From the NCBI GenBank assembly GCA_951406725.2, contig OX597820.1, positions 114,514,001-114,578,000 on the forward strand: DNA of 64,000 nt. Direction: 5' to 3'. The position numbers were made by a program, and so were the translations under genes. Source of the stretch: Octopus vulgaris (lineage: Eukaryota). Each line of letters opens with the position of its first letter. Position 1 is the first letter of the stretch. Below are positions 11,796 to 25,240 of the stretch, one piece after another. The notes under the pieces were generated by a model. It worked only from the letters and a program-made list of their open reading frames with translations, had not been told where the DNA came from and did not search any database.

Positions 11796-12729
11796 GGTTA
11801 ATAAGCAAAGCAATTCTGGTTTTTCTGTAATGAAAAGTATGTTAATACTCCTGCTTATACAGTCATTGCCGACGAGAGTCTTGCTGTCGTCTCATGCATG
11901 GCAAATGGTTGCAGGCAAGATCTCGCTCCTGTCTCGGACATGGTAATGGCTACCGGCAAGATCTCGTACAAAATGGCGCTGGCTTCTTGTGCCTCGCTAC
12001 ACTACTATGTAGCATAGCAATCCTAATACAAGCATCAAACAACTTGCCCTTCACTCTAAGAGCAAAGACCTTTGTTCATACAAAGTTTGCATATTCTGGT
12101 GGTCTGCCTGTTATTCCACCATACTACTTGTATGACCATGACTTGCATTAGGTACAACATATGGAGTTTATACCTATTCCTTTTCTGTTTATCAAAGCCA
12201 TTCCCCTGAAGATACCAGAGTCCCGTCTCCTTCCCTACTTACTAAAGTTTTAGTCTTAACTAATTTCGTTTTGAAGCCTCTCAATTCTCGGTTAAGCTTC
12301 TATACCTGGCATTTCCGCTATTATTTCCTATAGATTCTATGAGAACTAGCTCATCTGCATTGAGCAGTTCCCATGGAAATCCAGCAGTAAACTTCTCTGA
12401 TGGCATGGAGGACTATGTTGGGTCAGAGAGGACTGAAGAATGAACCTTAATGAACTCCTACCTTCACACTAAATACATTACTAAAACTCTTGTCAACTCT
12501 CACTTTACTTACTGCATCTTTGTACAAAACTTATACAAACCTTTCATCTACACCTAGTTTCCTCAGTGGCCACCAAATTACTAAGCATGCTGCCCTGTCA
12601 AATGCTTTCACCAAATTAATGAAAGGCAAGAGTATTTATGAGTGCATACCTGCTTATTTTCTCCTTGTTTTTACATGCTTGGTTTCTGTAAACAAAACAA
12701 CATCACTGTCAAATACAAGTAGTGATGTA

Positions 12730-12928
12730 TACTCTTTTACTCTTTTACTTGTTTCAGACATTTGACTGCGGCCATGCTGGAACACCACCTTTAGTCGAGC
12801 AAATCGACCCCGGGACTTATTCTTTGTAAGCCCAGTACTTGTTCTATCGGTCTCTTTTGCCGAACCGCTAAGTGACGGGGACGTAAACACACCAGCATCG
12901 GTTGTCAAGCAATGCTAGGGGGACAAAC

Positions 12929-12959
<31 letters not shown>

Positions 12960-13122
12960 CGACGGGCTTCTTTCAGTTTCCGTCTACCAAATCCACTCAC
13001 AAGGCATTGGTCGGCCCGGGGCTATAGTAGAAGACACTTGCCCAAGATGCCATGCAGTGGGACTGAACCCGGAACCATGTGGTTGGTTAGCAAGCTACTT
13101 ACCACACAGCCACTCCTGCGTC
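12730..13122 (-). mobile_element. SINE family 1, full length
   Basis: Reverse complement of 10410-10829 with few differences. Confidence 0.9.
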
Positions 13123-13602
13123 TATGTTTGCAGTCAATTGTGAAAACATGCCCAGACTTCTTGCTCAGTTTTGATGTATTGCACAGTCTCTGTAAACAAA
13201 AGGGACTCATAACTATATCCTGGTTGTTCCGTTGTTTGGTAGATTGCTTGAAAACACATGAGGGTTGGCAACAGGGTGAACATCTAGCTCTAGAAAATCT
13301 ACCTCGACAAATTTCATCTGACCTATGCAAACATGGAAAAGTGGATGTTAAGCTGATGAGGATGATGATGATGATGATGTAGTACAAGACCACACATTTT
13401 GGAAGAGGGAACAGTCAGTTATATTGAACCCAGTGCTTCCTGTACTCGACTACTTTTATAGACATTTTGTAAATTTTGGCAGAATGAAAGGCAAACTCAG
13501 CCCCAACAGAATTTTAGCTCAGAACTTAAAACCATAACTAGAATAATACTGGAAGGGGTTTCTTATCTGTTTGGTGCTTTGTTGATTCTGTCTGTGCTAA
13601 TA

Positions 13603-14030
13603 TTGGTTTCAAATTTTGGCACAAGGCCAGCAATTTTGGTGGAGGGCCAAGTCAACTACATTGACCCCAATGCTCAACTGGTACTTAATTTATCAACCCC
13701 AAAATATGAAAGGCAAAGTCGACCTTGGCAGAATTTGAACTCAGAATATAAGGACAGATGAACTGTCAATAAGTGTTTTCTCCAGCATGCTTGTGCTAAT
13801 TTTGATAAACTGTAAGACAGTGAACTGGCAGAATTGTTAGCATACTACGCAAAATGCTTAGTAGCACTTCGTCTGTTTTTACATGCTGAGTTCAAATTCT
13901 ACTGAGGTCAACTTTCCCTTTCATTCTTTTGTGTTCAATAAAATAAGTACCAGTTTTGCACTGGCATTGATGTAATCAACATACCCCCCTCCCCTGAAAT
14001 TACTGGCCTTGTGCCAGAATTTGAAACCGA
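13603..14030. mobile_element. Head-to-head pair of SINE family 3 copies (13603-13800 minus, 13813-14030 plus)
   Basis: Both are diverged matches to the ctgagttcaaattc...gcctttcatcc...aagtaccag core, in opposite orientations. Confidence 0.7.
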
Positions 14031-14068
14031 TATTAACAGATTGTGGAATTCATTGGTTAAATAAAGTA

Positions 14069-14479
14069 GGCATAGGAGTGGCTGTGTGGTAAGTAGCTTG
14101 CTTACGAACCACATGGTTCCAGGTTCAGTCCCACTGCGTGGCACCTTGGGCAAGTGTCTTCCACTACAGCCTTGGGCCGACCAAAGCCTTGTGAGTGGAT
14201 TTGGTAGACGGAAACTGAAAGAAGCCCGTCGTATATATGCATATATATACGTATATATATATATGTGTGTGTATGTTTGTATGTCTGTGTTTGTCCCACC
14301 CAACATTGCTTGACAACTGATGGTGGTGTTTACATCTCTGTAACTTAGCGGTTCGACAAAAGTGACCGATAGAATAAGTACTAGGCTTACCGAGAATAAG
14401 TCCTGGGGTCGATTCACTCGACTAAAGGCGGTGCTCCAGCATGGCCACAGTCAAATGACTGAAACGAGTAAAAGAGTAA
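14069..14479 (+). mobile_element. SINE family 1, full length
   Basis: Same head, body and tail as 10410. Confidence 0.9.
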
Positions 14480-15229
14480 ATAAAATATCCGATACCCATT
14501 TTTAATACCTGTCTCAAGTGGATTAATAATGACAATTGTCTGCGGAAGCTAACTCGTTAGACTGACCTTACCAACACAGTAAATAAATAAAAGAATCATG
14601 CTTAATTAACTAATCAATATTACTATTGCTATTATTACTACAGTTATTAGAGATATTTTATCCCCAAAAACACAAAAATACTCTGGAAAGCGTAAACCAG
14701 TCAGTGTAGCTGACTGTGGTGACTATGATGGTCATATGAAGCGTATTGGTTGAAGAGGTAGTGATGGAAAGACAAAGACAGGGGGAGGGGAAAAAGAAAG
14801 AGAAATTGAGGGACTGAATGTCCCTTGGTTAAACTAAAGTGACCATCCCTCCCATCTCCCACTTATATTGCCATGAAAGGGGCCAATAAAATTCTATTCA
14901 GTCCCTTGTCTCCATTCTTTTCATTCCTCTAACCTCATAATACTTACATCATCATCGTTTAACGTCCGCTTTCCATGCTAGCATGGGTTGGACGGTTCAA
15001 CTGGGGTCTGAGAAGCTAGAAGGCTGCATCAGGCCCAGTCTACTAATTATAATTAGTATGTAAGAATAATTATTTTTTTAACAAAGAGACACTTCTCTCT
15101 CTGTTTTCGTCTCACAGACACACATACACACTCATACACACATTGTGTGTATCTCTTTTTAATAAATATTTACTGACCACTTCTTACTATCATACCACTA
15201 TTTTATTTTGTTCACCTCTCTCTTTCTCT

Positions 15230-16270
15230 CTCTCTGTTATGATGATGATGAAGTGGCAGATAAAGTATATAATTTTCTGGCAAAGAGAACCCACTGCCAG
15301 AAAAGCAAAAGGGATGTTGAAAAAAGTCAAAAGGAAACTGCTAATCTGCTTAATATATAAACAGCAAAATATTAAATGAGGTACAAGGAAGAAGGAAGAG
15401 CTCAACTGTTGGACAGATAGATTATAGGAAGGCCTACAGTAAGGACGGGTCATTCGGAGTTAGTTCAGGATCTTCTCAGCAGTTTTGGCTGGTTATACTC
15501 GAGACTGCTCCAATCTGGCCAGCCCGAAGAAAAATCTAAGTTAAGAGCAATAGATTCTTTAGAAGAAAGCAGTGAATGTATATGAAAACAAGGATGAAAA
15601 AATGGAGAAATGGTACTCAAATACAAAAGCAAAGAACAGGACATTAACAACAGCTGGCTCTTGGAGTGTCTGAGCACACTCAGATTCAATGAGAATATAA
15701 ACAACATTTTGGGGAAAGCAATGAGAGTGGGGAAAGTAGAACTGGCATGTTCAAATGAATTGCTAGATAACAGGAAAATGCGTAAAGACATTTTCCAGTT
15801 ACTCTTTGTCATTGTGCTAATGCCTCTGACAAGTATACTGAGAAAATCCAGGCCTACCTATGAGCTTACCAAAGCCAAGATGAAAGTAAATCACCAACTT
15901 TATGTGGCTGACTTCAAGCTGTATCCAAAATGAGACATGCCTGGATTCTCTGATCCAAATAGTGAGAGTATTCAGTGAAGATATTGGTATGCAATTTGGG
16001 GTAGATAAGCATGCAATTCTATTTATAAAGAGAGAGCAGAAGTTAAATTATGATGGTATAAAATTATCTCAAGGCAACATCATTAGATTGCTGTGGAGTA
16101 ATGAGAGATACAAAAACAGGAGCAATGCAAGACAATAGGATAATGGAAAGAGAAATGAGAGAGAAAGTTACTTAGGAGTACAAGAGGAGAATTAGGAAGG
16201 GTCTTAAATAAAAAATTTAAATGGAGGATCATCATGAAGCCATAAATACATGAACTATAAGAGTATCAAT
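15230..16270 (+). mobile_element. Decayed R4/Dong-like (RLE-type) non-LTR RT fragment
   Basis: LLFVIVLMPLTSILRK...VNHQLYVADFKLY...LIQIVRVFSEDIGMQFGVDK...EYKRRIRK...AINT. Confidence 0.75.
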
Positions 16271-16837
16271 CACATTTTGAGTGAGTGCAGTATACTAGCA
16301 CAAAAAGAGTATGCTTTTAACTCAGCTTATACTACTGCTTACTTCACGCTGACTCACTTGTTTCTTTGGATATATTGTGGTTTTGTGGGGACTGCTGTTT
16401 TGCTATCTTCCCAATAATAACTTTAACCACCTTTTTGAATACATTACCTGTGCCACTCTTATGAACAGTCTTATTCTTTCTACTATGGATACAAAACCTG
16501 AAATTTTGTGAGAGGAAACTTGATGGTGAGTATATCCTACATTGATACATTAAGTAGGCATGGCTGTGTGGTCAAGAACTTTGCTTTCCAACCATGTGAT
16601 TTGGGGTTTGGTTTCAGTGTGCAGCAGTTTGGGCAAGTGTCTTCTACTATAGCCCCAGTTTGACCAATGCTTTGTCAGTGAATTTGGTAGACACAAACTG
16701 TATGGGAGCCTTATATATATACATTCTGAGTTCAAATATGGCTGAGGTTAACTTTGCCTTTCATCCTTTCAGGTTTAATAACATAAGTACCAACCGAGCA
16801 CAGGTGTCAATGTAATTAACAAGCTTCCTCTCACAAA

Positions 16838-19800
16838 ATGGACAGACTTTAGTGAATTCGCATAGCAGCTGCTTATACTGGGTGACAGGGGTAGGGCAGG
16901 ATCATCGGAGAGATTACTGCTAGGCAGGTGTCGATGAGAAGAAGGTAGGTGAACCTCTTTTCATTTTTCCATACACGACAAGCTATTTCAGCAACCATAA
17001 ACAGACATCATTGCCCCCTACTACATGATGGCAGTGAAGATAAGGATCAGCGGTGATGTCCCTTTCTATGGTGAAAGAGACGTAGTAGCTTGGATTTGAA
17101 AGGTCAAAGTTGTGGCCAGGCTACAAAGCATCACTGATGTAGCAAGCCTCATGGAGCTGTATTTAGAGGGGGTGGGCACTGACACTGTACTTCGAAATGA
17201 TGAAGAAGATCAACTGAGCATAGCAAAGACCGAGCAGCACTTGAGAGAGGCTTACGCAAAACTCCTTTTTGTAATCTCTCTGATGATCCTGCCCTACCCC
17301 TGTCACCCAGTATAAGCAGCTGCTATGACCAAACCCGGCAGCGAATTCACTAAAGTCTGTTCATGATGCTTCCAACAGGACAAAAGAGGCCAACACTTGC
17401 CCCTCTGCCCCCACTTTATTCCATTGCTGAACTGCAGTGTCCCCTTGCTAAGCTGGGGTGGACAGGGGAACAGGTCGATGAATATGCTGCAGAGGTACGG
17501 AGGCTGGCTATGCTGTCTGGTTTTACTGGAGAGGGTCTAGAGAAGGCAGCATGACTGGCTTTCCCGAAGACATGTTGGTGCAGTTATAACAATTGCCAGG
17601 TGGCAAAAAATGGTGATGAGCAACCTCATCATTCATGCCCGCCTGTTGACACAAAACAGCAGGTGGAAGGCAGTGATGATGGCAGTTGCAGAAGCCTGTC
17701 ACACTGTGCAATGGCCGGTGAATGATGAAAAGAAAGCTGCCATGGAACGACAGTGGCCATTCACAGGCTGGTGCTTTAAGTGCCAGGGACTGCATATGGC
17801 AAGGGACTGTGTGGAGCCTGGACCCATTTGCTACTGATGCAAACAGATTGGGCATATCACCCAAAATTGCTGCCAGGGAAAAGATCGTGGGGAAGTTGCT
17901 GCCTCCAAAATTTCACCCATGAATGAGTAGAGGTGCTTGTGCAGTCACTGCCCATAGTTGAGGTCTTGGTTGCGGGGAAAGACGTTCAAGGCCCATGTGG
18001 ATACAGGCTGCATGATGTCTCTCATGACCCAAAGGGTGATAAAATGAATGCAAGGGTAGCAGCGACATGGAGATTGCGGTGCGAGGCACAACATTAAGGC
18101 TGTGAGTGACCACATGGTAGGTGGGTTGATGTGGTAATGGGAATGGATTGGAGGTGTCAGTGTTGGAGGAGATGTAGTTTCATTTGGTGGCGTGGGGGTG
18201 TCATGCGCCATGAGTCAGGAACGTGAGAGGGAGTGGAGCTCTGCAAGGGGCTGCACTGTCTACACAATTAAAGACAAGGATTTTCAAGCAGTGTTCGGTG
18301 GTCAGTGGTGGATAATAGAGTGGCACTGGAAAAAGGAGTCCTCGATGCTGAAAAACAGGTTGAGCTGCTCCCTGCATATACTGAAAGGACATGCCAGAAG
18401 TGAGTTTGAAGAAGAGGTAGAGAGGGGTGGATTAAGGAAGATGTCCTTATGCCGTGGAAGGAGATGATGAGCAGAGATGATGGCAGTGGTGCAGCCAACA
18501 AAGGGCAAAGTCAGACCAGTGCTGGACTTTTTGGAAATGAATGGCCATGTATTGTGCCACATTGGTTGTGAGGCGACTGACATCTGTGGTGAGACACTGC
18601 ACGCATGGAAACAGTTGACTAAAGCAGCAACGATTGCCGACTTGAAATCGCTATATTTGCAGCTCCATGTGGGTAACAAACTGTGGCAGTATCAGCTGGT
18701 GCGATACAAGGGCCAGACATATTATCTGACGAGGCTGGGTTTCAGGCTGAATTCTGTGCCAAAGATCATGGCGACAGTGCTCAAATCTATCTAGGGAAAG
18801 GTGGATAGGATAATAAGGGTCACTAATTCCTATATAGATGATATCTTAGTAGATGAGACTGTAATGTCTGCCACAGAGGTTGTGAGATATCTGAAGAAGT
18901 TTGGGCTGATTGCGAAGCCACTGGAGCCAATGGCTGGAGGAGCTGCACTGGGGCTGAAGCTTCAAAGAAACAGAACGGACGTATTGGTGTTTTGGAAGGG
19001 GGAATGAGATCCCGGAGTTGGGTACTGATGTCAGCAGGCCAGAACTGTTCTTGGTGTGCAGGAAATTAGTAGGTCATTATCCAATCGTAGGGTGGGTGTG
19101 TGCAGCATGCAGTTACACCAAGAGATGAGCAGAAGGGGAAAACTGGGGTGAGGGGACAATGGCGATGATGCAGGAAATCCTAGAGAGGACAAGAGTAGAA
19201 GACCCAGTCAGAGGGAACTGGTATGTGCCCAGATCAGATAATGGGAAACGTATGGTGTGATGCTAGCAGCATAGCGATAGGAGTTGTGTTAGAAATCGGA
19301 GGTGCCAAAGTGGAGGATGAGGCCTGGCTTCAAAAAGCAGACGATTACAACCATGTTAATGTTGCCGAGTTCGACGTTGTACTGAAGGGGGTGAATTTGG
19401 CCTTGAAATGGGAGCTGCACTCCATTGAAATCTGGACAGATTTCACCACTGTGTTTGGCTGGGTAGGATTGGTGACCACCAATGAGAAGAGGGTTCAAAC
19501 CAAAGGGGTTGCGGAAATGTTAGTGAAGCACTGCCTAGTGGCTCTAGGAAAGCTAGTTGCCGAGTTTGGTCTGAAGCTGAAATGTGGTCTTTGTGCTTTC
19601 AGAGAGAAACAAGGCAGATGTTCAAACATTTCTGTGTATAGAATGCTGCATCATGTCTTAGGCCATGTCGTAGGATCGTCACTTCATTGGATGTTGATTG
19701 TGGAGAAGAAGAAGTGAACAAAGTTCCCAGCTTAAGAATATAAGAACGTGCAAGGCACCCACCCTGGTGGATGGTGGATTTCGACATGGAGTAAAGTAAG

Positions 19801-20115
19801 GAGGTGATCTTTGAGATCAGGGGAGGCATGTGGGGATGAACTGGAAGAAGAAGGTCATGATGTCAATGGTCAAGGAGCTGACCGGAAGAGGAAGCACGAG
19901 AGGGAAAGTGGGGGCAGAGGGGTGAGTATCAGCCTCTTCAGCCCTGTCGGAGGCATTGTGAATGGATGTTAGTGAATTCACTCCTGGGTTTGGTCATAGC
20001 AGAGGCTTATACTGGGTGACAGGGGTAGAACAGGATTGTTGGAGAGATTTTTGCTAGACAGGCATCAATGAGAAGAATGTATGTGAACTTCTTTTCATTT
20101 TCCCATGCACGACAA
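16838..20115 (+). mobile_element. Decayed Ty3/Gypsy LTR retrotransposon (gag-PR-RT-RNaseH; integrase largely deleted)
   Basis: Partial 5' LTR 16838-17025 ending ...ctaca; gag CCHC knuckles CFKCQGLHMARDC and CY*CKQIGHITQNC; protease VDTG; RT KVRPVLDF and SYIDDILV; RNase H WCDASS and VNVAE; purine tract then 3' LTR from about 19829 homologous to the 5' LTR. Confidence 0.9.
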
Positions 20116-20165
20116 ATAACATACATAAAGTACGTGTATGTGTGCGCGCAAATCTCCTAATAATC

Positions 20166-20795
20166 TGACAGTGGTAAAGGACATGGACCGCACCCCCTTT
20201 CGGTTTTTTGTGGGGTGGTTTCTACAGAAACCTAAATTTTTGACTGTGGAGATTCAGAATCTGCAAAAAAATCACGTTTTCAAAATTTTAATTTCCCCCA
20301 CCCCCTGCTTTTTCTTTGCCAGAGGGGTGGAGAGGGGGAAAATAAAAATTTTGGAAACGTGTTTTGGGGGGTTTTCAAAATCTTCAATTTTTTAAGTACG
20401 CTCCAACCAGAAAGTCTGACAAGCTAGAAACAACAGCCAAACCGAAGATCCACTTTCTAAATACGAATACCAGAACAGGAAAAAAAAATTTTTCGAAGAC
20501 CCTCAACCACATGTTCACTTTCTGTCACGTGCGCTGGCGGTGGGGGGGGGGGAGTTATTTATTTCTGGAAAACTGAAATTTTACATAAATTTTTCTTTTC
20601 GGAATCATTTCGCCAAAAAAATTTCTAAAAAAAAGTGAAAAATTGGGGAGGAGATAGAGGTAGGTGTGGGGGTAAAAATTTTGAAATGCTGATTTTTTTT
20701 TGCGGATTTGGAATCTTCGCAGTTGTAAAAATGGGTTTCTGTAGACACCCCCCCCCAAAAAAAAACCGAAAGGTCCATGTCCTTTACCTCCGCCA
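20166..20795. mobile_element. Non-coding TIR element (MITE/foldback) with ~130-bp imperfect terminal inverted repeats
   Basis: ggtaaaggacatggacc...tttcggttttt...tctacagaaacc mirrors ggtttctgtaga...aaaaaccgaaaggtccatgtcctttacc. Confidence 0.8.
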
Positions 20796-21289
20796 ATATT
20801 CTTTCGCTGCTCTTTCAACAACTGAATAATTTCACCTTTTTATTCAAATGTGTGTGTGTGTTTGTCCCCACCATCCTACGGCTTTACAACCGCTGTTGGT
20901 TAGTTTACGTCCCCATAACTTAGTGAATCAGCAAGTATAAGTATCTGACCTAAGACAAAAAAAAATATTGGTGACAATTCGTTTGACTAAACCCTTCAAG
21001 GCAGTGTTCTAGCATGGCCACAGTCCAATGATTGTAACAATTAAGATAAAAAATATCCTACCTTGATATAGGGTTTATCCTGATGCTGGGTACATCTAAA
21101 ACTGACCCTGGGTATATCTTACCTATATCACTTTTAAAGTGGCGACTTCAGAACACTGTTAGTAATCTAGTTTTGTTTTCCCCCCAAGTCCTTCAATTCG
21201 CTTAATTTCAAATTTTTCATATTGAAGCTACTGTTTATAACTGGTGTGACCTGTGTATTTATATAATATTTAGTTGTGCTCATTTACAT

Positions 21290-21870
21290 TGTGAGCTCAA
21301 ATCTCGCCACAGTCAATACACTAAAAAGTACAAGCCAAATGCTGGGTCAATTTAACTGACTATACCCCCTACTCACAGAAAAAAAAAATCGTGGACTTAT
21401 GCCAATGTTAGAAATCATTATTAGTAATACTGTTAAGGCAGTGAGCTGGTAGAATCGTTAGCACGCCGGGCAAATACTTAGCGCATTTCGTCTGTCTTCA
21501 TGTTCTGAGTTCAAATTCCGCCAAGGTCGATTTTGCCTTTCATCCTTTCAGGGTCGATAAATTAAGTACCAGTTGCGTACTGAGGTCGATCTAATCGACT
21601 GGTCCCTCCCCCAAAATTTCAGGCATTGTGCCTACAGTAGAAAGGATTATTAGTAGTACTGTTAAGGCGGCAAGTTGGTAGATTCATTAATAAGCTTAGC
21701 GGCATATCGTCCGTCTCATGTTTTGAGTTCAAATTCTGCCGAGGTCAATTTTGTCTTTCATCCTTTCGGGGTCGATAAAATAAATACCAGTTGAACGCTG
21801 GGGGTCGATGTAATCGACTTACCCCTTCCCCGAAATTGCTGACCTTGTGCCAAAATTTTAAACCATTATT
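21290..21870 (+). mobile_element. Tandem cluster of SINE family 3 copies
   Basis: Copies start near 21435 and 21664 (aaggc...gagctgg/agttgg...) with the ctttcatccttt...gggtcgataaa...taccag central domain, reminiscent of Meta/Nin-type SINE cores. Confidence 0.8.
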
Positions 21871-22539
21871 AGTAGTACTGTTGCATCACCGATTCCTTTA
21901 CACCTCTTTACTTGCAATATGGTCGGTTAATTCACCTCTAAGCCATCCTTTATGTACAAATTTTTATGTTGGAGCTCATAGAAAGTGAGGAGTCAATTGT
22001 TTCATCTGAGCAACTTGATGAATAAATTTGGATATAAACCTTAATTGCCGCTGTTGTTTAACGCACATGTCCGCCCTGATTGCGCCATCCTATGATGACA
22101 TTCCGACTATGTCTCAGTCATCGTTCTTTATACATAGTGTATATCAGATTACATTATCCGGTGTGTCTTTTTAAAAGGTGGCTGATCTGGCTGCATTTTC
22201 TAGCAGAATAAAGGGTCACTTAGAGGCCCCATCGATAGCTCATCGCAGCTGTTAATTTGAATTGTTGGAGCTTGGTGGATGAGAAGAAATATGGCTCTAC
22301 AAAAAGAAGGGTCTATAGTATAAAAACACACTGTATGAGTTGAAGTAGGTGCAACAAGTGTTCATTTAATTCCAGTTATTTATTAATGGGGATGGGTTAC
22401 AGAACTAGCAAGTTTGGGAAGCAGAACTTGTTTAGTTAAGGGACACCACAATTCGACAATACATGAAGTACGTGTATGCGTGTGCGCAAATCTAATATGT
22501 TTTCGCTACTCTTTCACCAATTGGATAATTTGGCCTTTT

Positions 22540-23152
22540 TATCCAGCATTCCATCTCTCTTTATCTCCTTTTATCCAGTAACTTCTATCGTTTCATATAT
22601 TCCTCTCTCCTTCGAAGTTTTCTTCTTACCTTCTGTATCATGCTTTATACGATCTCCACTCGCTTACTCTTTAATTATCTTTGTATCACTTCTTGCCTAT
22701 TCCAGGATTTCTATGTAGTATCTCCCCCTCCGCCCCACTATCCTCCCCTGCTAAACACAATTCCACGAGTTTTTGTTATTCCTGTTTTCTCCAAATACCT
22801 TCTCCTTGTGATTCCTTTTCGCATGCTTCACCTACTCCTCATTATATTCCAGTTCAATAGAAGAGAATTCTATAATATTCCCTTATCCCAGTGATAACTT
22901 TCCTCTCTCTTTTTCCCTCCAAGTATATTTTCCACACACACACACACAAGAACGTGTGTTCATTTGTAGTCGTTGTTTGCCTTTTATAAAAAAATTCTAT
23001 CACATCTTATTTATTCCTTCTATAATCCCCCCTTTACGACTTTTTGCAAACCCCTCCTCTATTTTTTCTCTCCCTCTATATATCTTTATGTTTATCAATC
23101 TCATTTTGCTCCACACGGTCATTTTGTCAAATTACTTCTCATTCTTTTTCAT

Positions 23153-23197
<45 letters not shown>

Positions 23198-23585
23198 CCA
23201 CTCCGTCCCTCTCTCCGCCCCATTCTTAATACATCTATTATTCTTTTCTCGTCGTTTTCCTACACTTTTCTCTATTCCTCTTTATTTATCTTTATCGATC
23301 CAATTATAACTCACGCTACTCCTCCTTCTTGTCTTTTATTCTATCTATAGTTCCTCCTCCTCCTCTGTCTGTACTTGTTATGCTCTGTCTTTCCTCTCTT
23401 CTTTCTCCTACGCCCCTCTTAATCCGTCATACTCTATCTACAGCGTACTCGTAGAAGCACCTTGCAGAGGTAGCTCTCATCCCTTCTTCAGTCAACGGCT
23501 TGTGCAGCTGGCCAGCGCTTCACAGCTTTCTTCTCTGCTCTTCGATTTTCCCCTTCTCTCCCTCTTGACAACTCTCGACGAAGCA
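22540..23585 (+). promoter_or_regulatory. Putative promoter/5' UTR of the DHRS12-like gene
   Basis: About 900-bp polypyrimidine/(CT)n tract followed by a CpG-containing segment directly upstream of the ATG; TSS not determinable. Confidence 0.45.
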
Positions 23586-23641
23586 ATGTCTCTCTACCGA
23601 AACGGAGTCTGGTTCCTGAAAGGAATGAAAGAATACACGAA
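23586..23641 (+). CDS. DHRS12: Dehydrogenase/reductase SDR family member 12-like, coding exon 1
   Basis: MSLYRNGVWFLKGMKEYT+AA|gtgagc closely matches the DHRS12 N-terminus as I recall it (MSLYRSVVWFAKGLREYTK); phase-2 donor compatible with exon 2. Confidence 0.9.
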
Positions 23642-24619
23642 GTGAGCTCATTTCTATTGTATATCTTGTTTATCTTATATAACCTTTCCTCGATCAACTT
23701 CTTTCTTCTTCCTGTCTACTTTTATAGAGTGATGTGCATGTGCGAATGCTGTCTATATTTTTCATCACCATCCGTTCAATATAATCATATATATACCCGT
23801 ATGGTTTAACCATATATGCTCTTATAATTTAACCGTATTTACCTTTATTGTTTTGCTATGTATACCCTTATAGTATAACCATATACATTCCTATAGTTTA
23901 GCTATATATACTCGTATATATTGAGTAACTGTCATTTTAAGAAACCTGGTTATGTAACGTATGGATTCGTATGATCTAAATAGAAGGCCAAATATTTAGG
24001 TGACTAGATAGGTAGGGCCAGAGAATATACAGAGATAAATGTGTATATACATGTATATGAGGGAAATACGAAGAGCTGGATGAAGCTATAAAGATCGCCT
24101 CTGCAAGTTGTGGAGAGATCGGTCCTGTGAATTGTCATGCAAGAATTTCTGTCTTCACAAGTTGTAATATTTCATTTTCGCTCAACACGCATGTCACATT
24201 ATGAAAGCTTGGGTGTTTTAATGATCCAGTGTTTTAATGATTAAATATGCAATCACTTTGAAACTAATACACTTACCTCAACTACCACGCCTGACCTATA
24301 CTCACTCTTACCCACGAAGCAACAACCAAAGCTTCTATACACGGTCGCTCGTTCTCCTAGAAGGAGCAAGTAAAAATCTTCCTCAGGCCACACCCTACAG
24401 ACTTTGTTTTTAAAGGGAACGTTGGATAATGTGGTCCTAAGACGGGGTTGTCAGTCTGGAACATCATTGATACAGTGCTGCTCGATGAGGACTGACCTGA
24501 AGCTAATCAATAACTTATCAGCACCTGAAATCACAAATATATTTTTTCGCTCTCCGCCCACACATTTTTTCTTTTTATTTGTCATTTATATCTCAGAAAA
24601 GTATTTTTAAACTTATTGC

Positions 24620-25240
24620 ATTCTGACAGAATTTGAACAGCACTATAGCGATTTTGCTTTTCAACTCTGTGAGATCGATAAGGAAGTACCAGGCATGTAC
24701 TGAGGCCGATTCAATCGATTAAATACCTCTTCACAACTACGAATTTGCGACCTTGTACCGAGGTAATAAATTATTATTAAAGTGGCAGGAACGTTGGAGT
24801 TGCAATGTTAGAGAACGTCGGGTAAAATATTTGCGATGTTTAGTTTTTTTTTTAAATTTTATTTTTTATTCGGAGTGCAACTCCTGCTGAGTCGACTTTT
24901 AGCCCTCATTCTTCCAGAATCGACCGAAATAATGCAGTGTCGTTGTCTAGGTGCCCTCCCAATCGAGGGTCAATCAAACCAGTCAGATACTGTGGTTGAC
25001 GAACTCGACTACAAATTTGTAACTGTGTCGCGGAATGGTAGAGCACCTGACCAAGTGTATTACAGTATTTAATTACGTCCCTTTATGTTCTGAGTTCAGA
25101 CCCTGCTTTGGTCGACTTAGCTTTTTATTCCTCCGGGTTGCGAAAAAAGTACCAGGCAAATACTGCAAATTAATTCAATAGACTAAGCCCTTCTTCTTTA
25201 AATGTGTGACCCTGTGCTAAGGAGAGAAATCGTAAGGATA
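24620..25240 (+). mobile_element. Three diverged SINE family 3 copies
   Basis: Recurrent gagttca...gtcgact...cattc...gtaccag core. Confidence 0.6.

Noticed and set aside
11980-12550. Possible L1/Tx1 RT remnant or host exon
   Set aside because: No diagnostic motif and no convincing splice sites.
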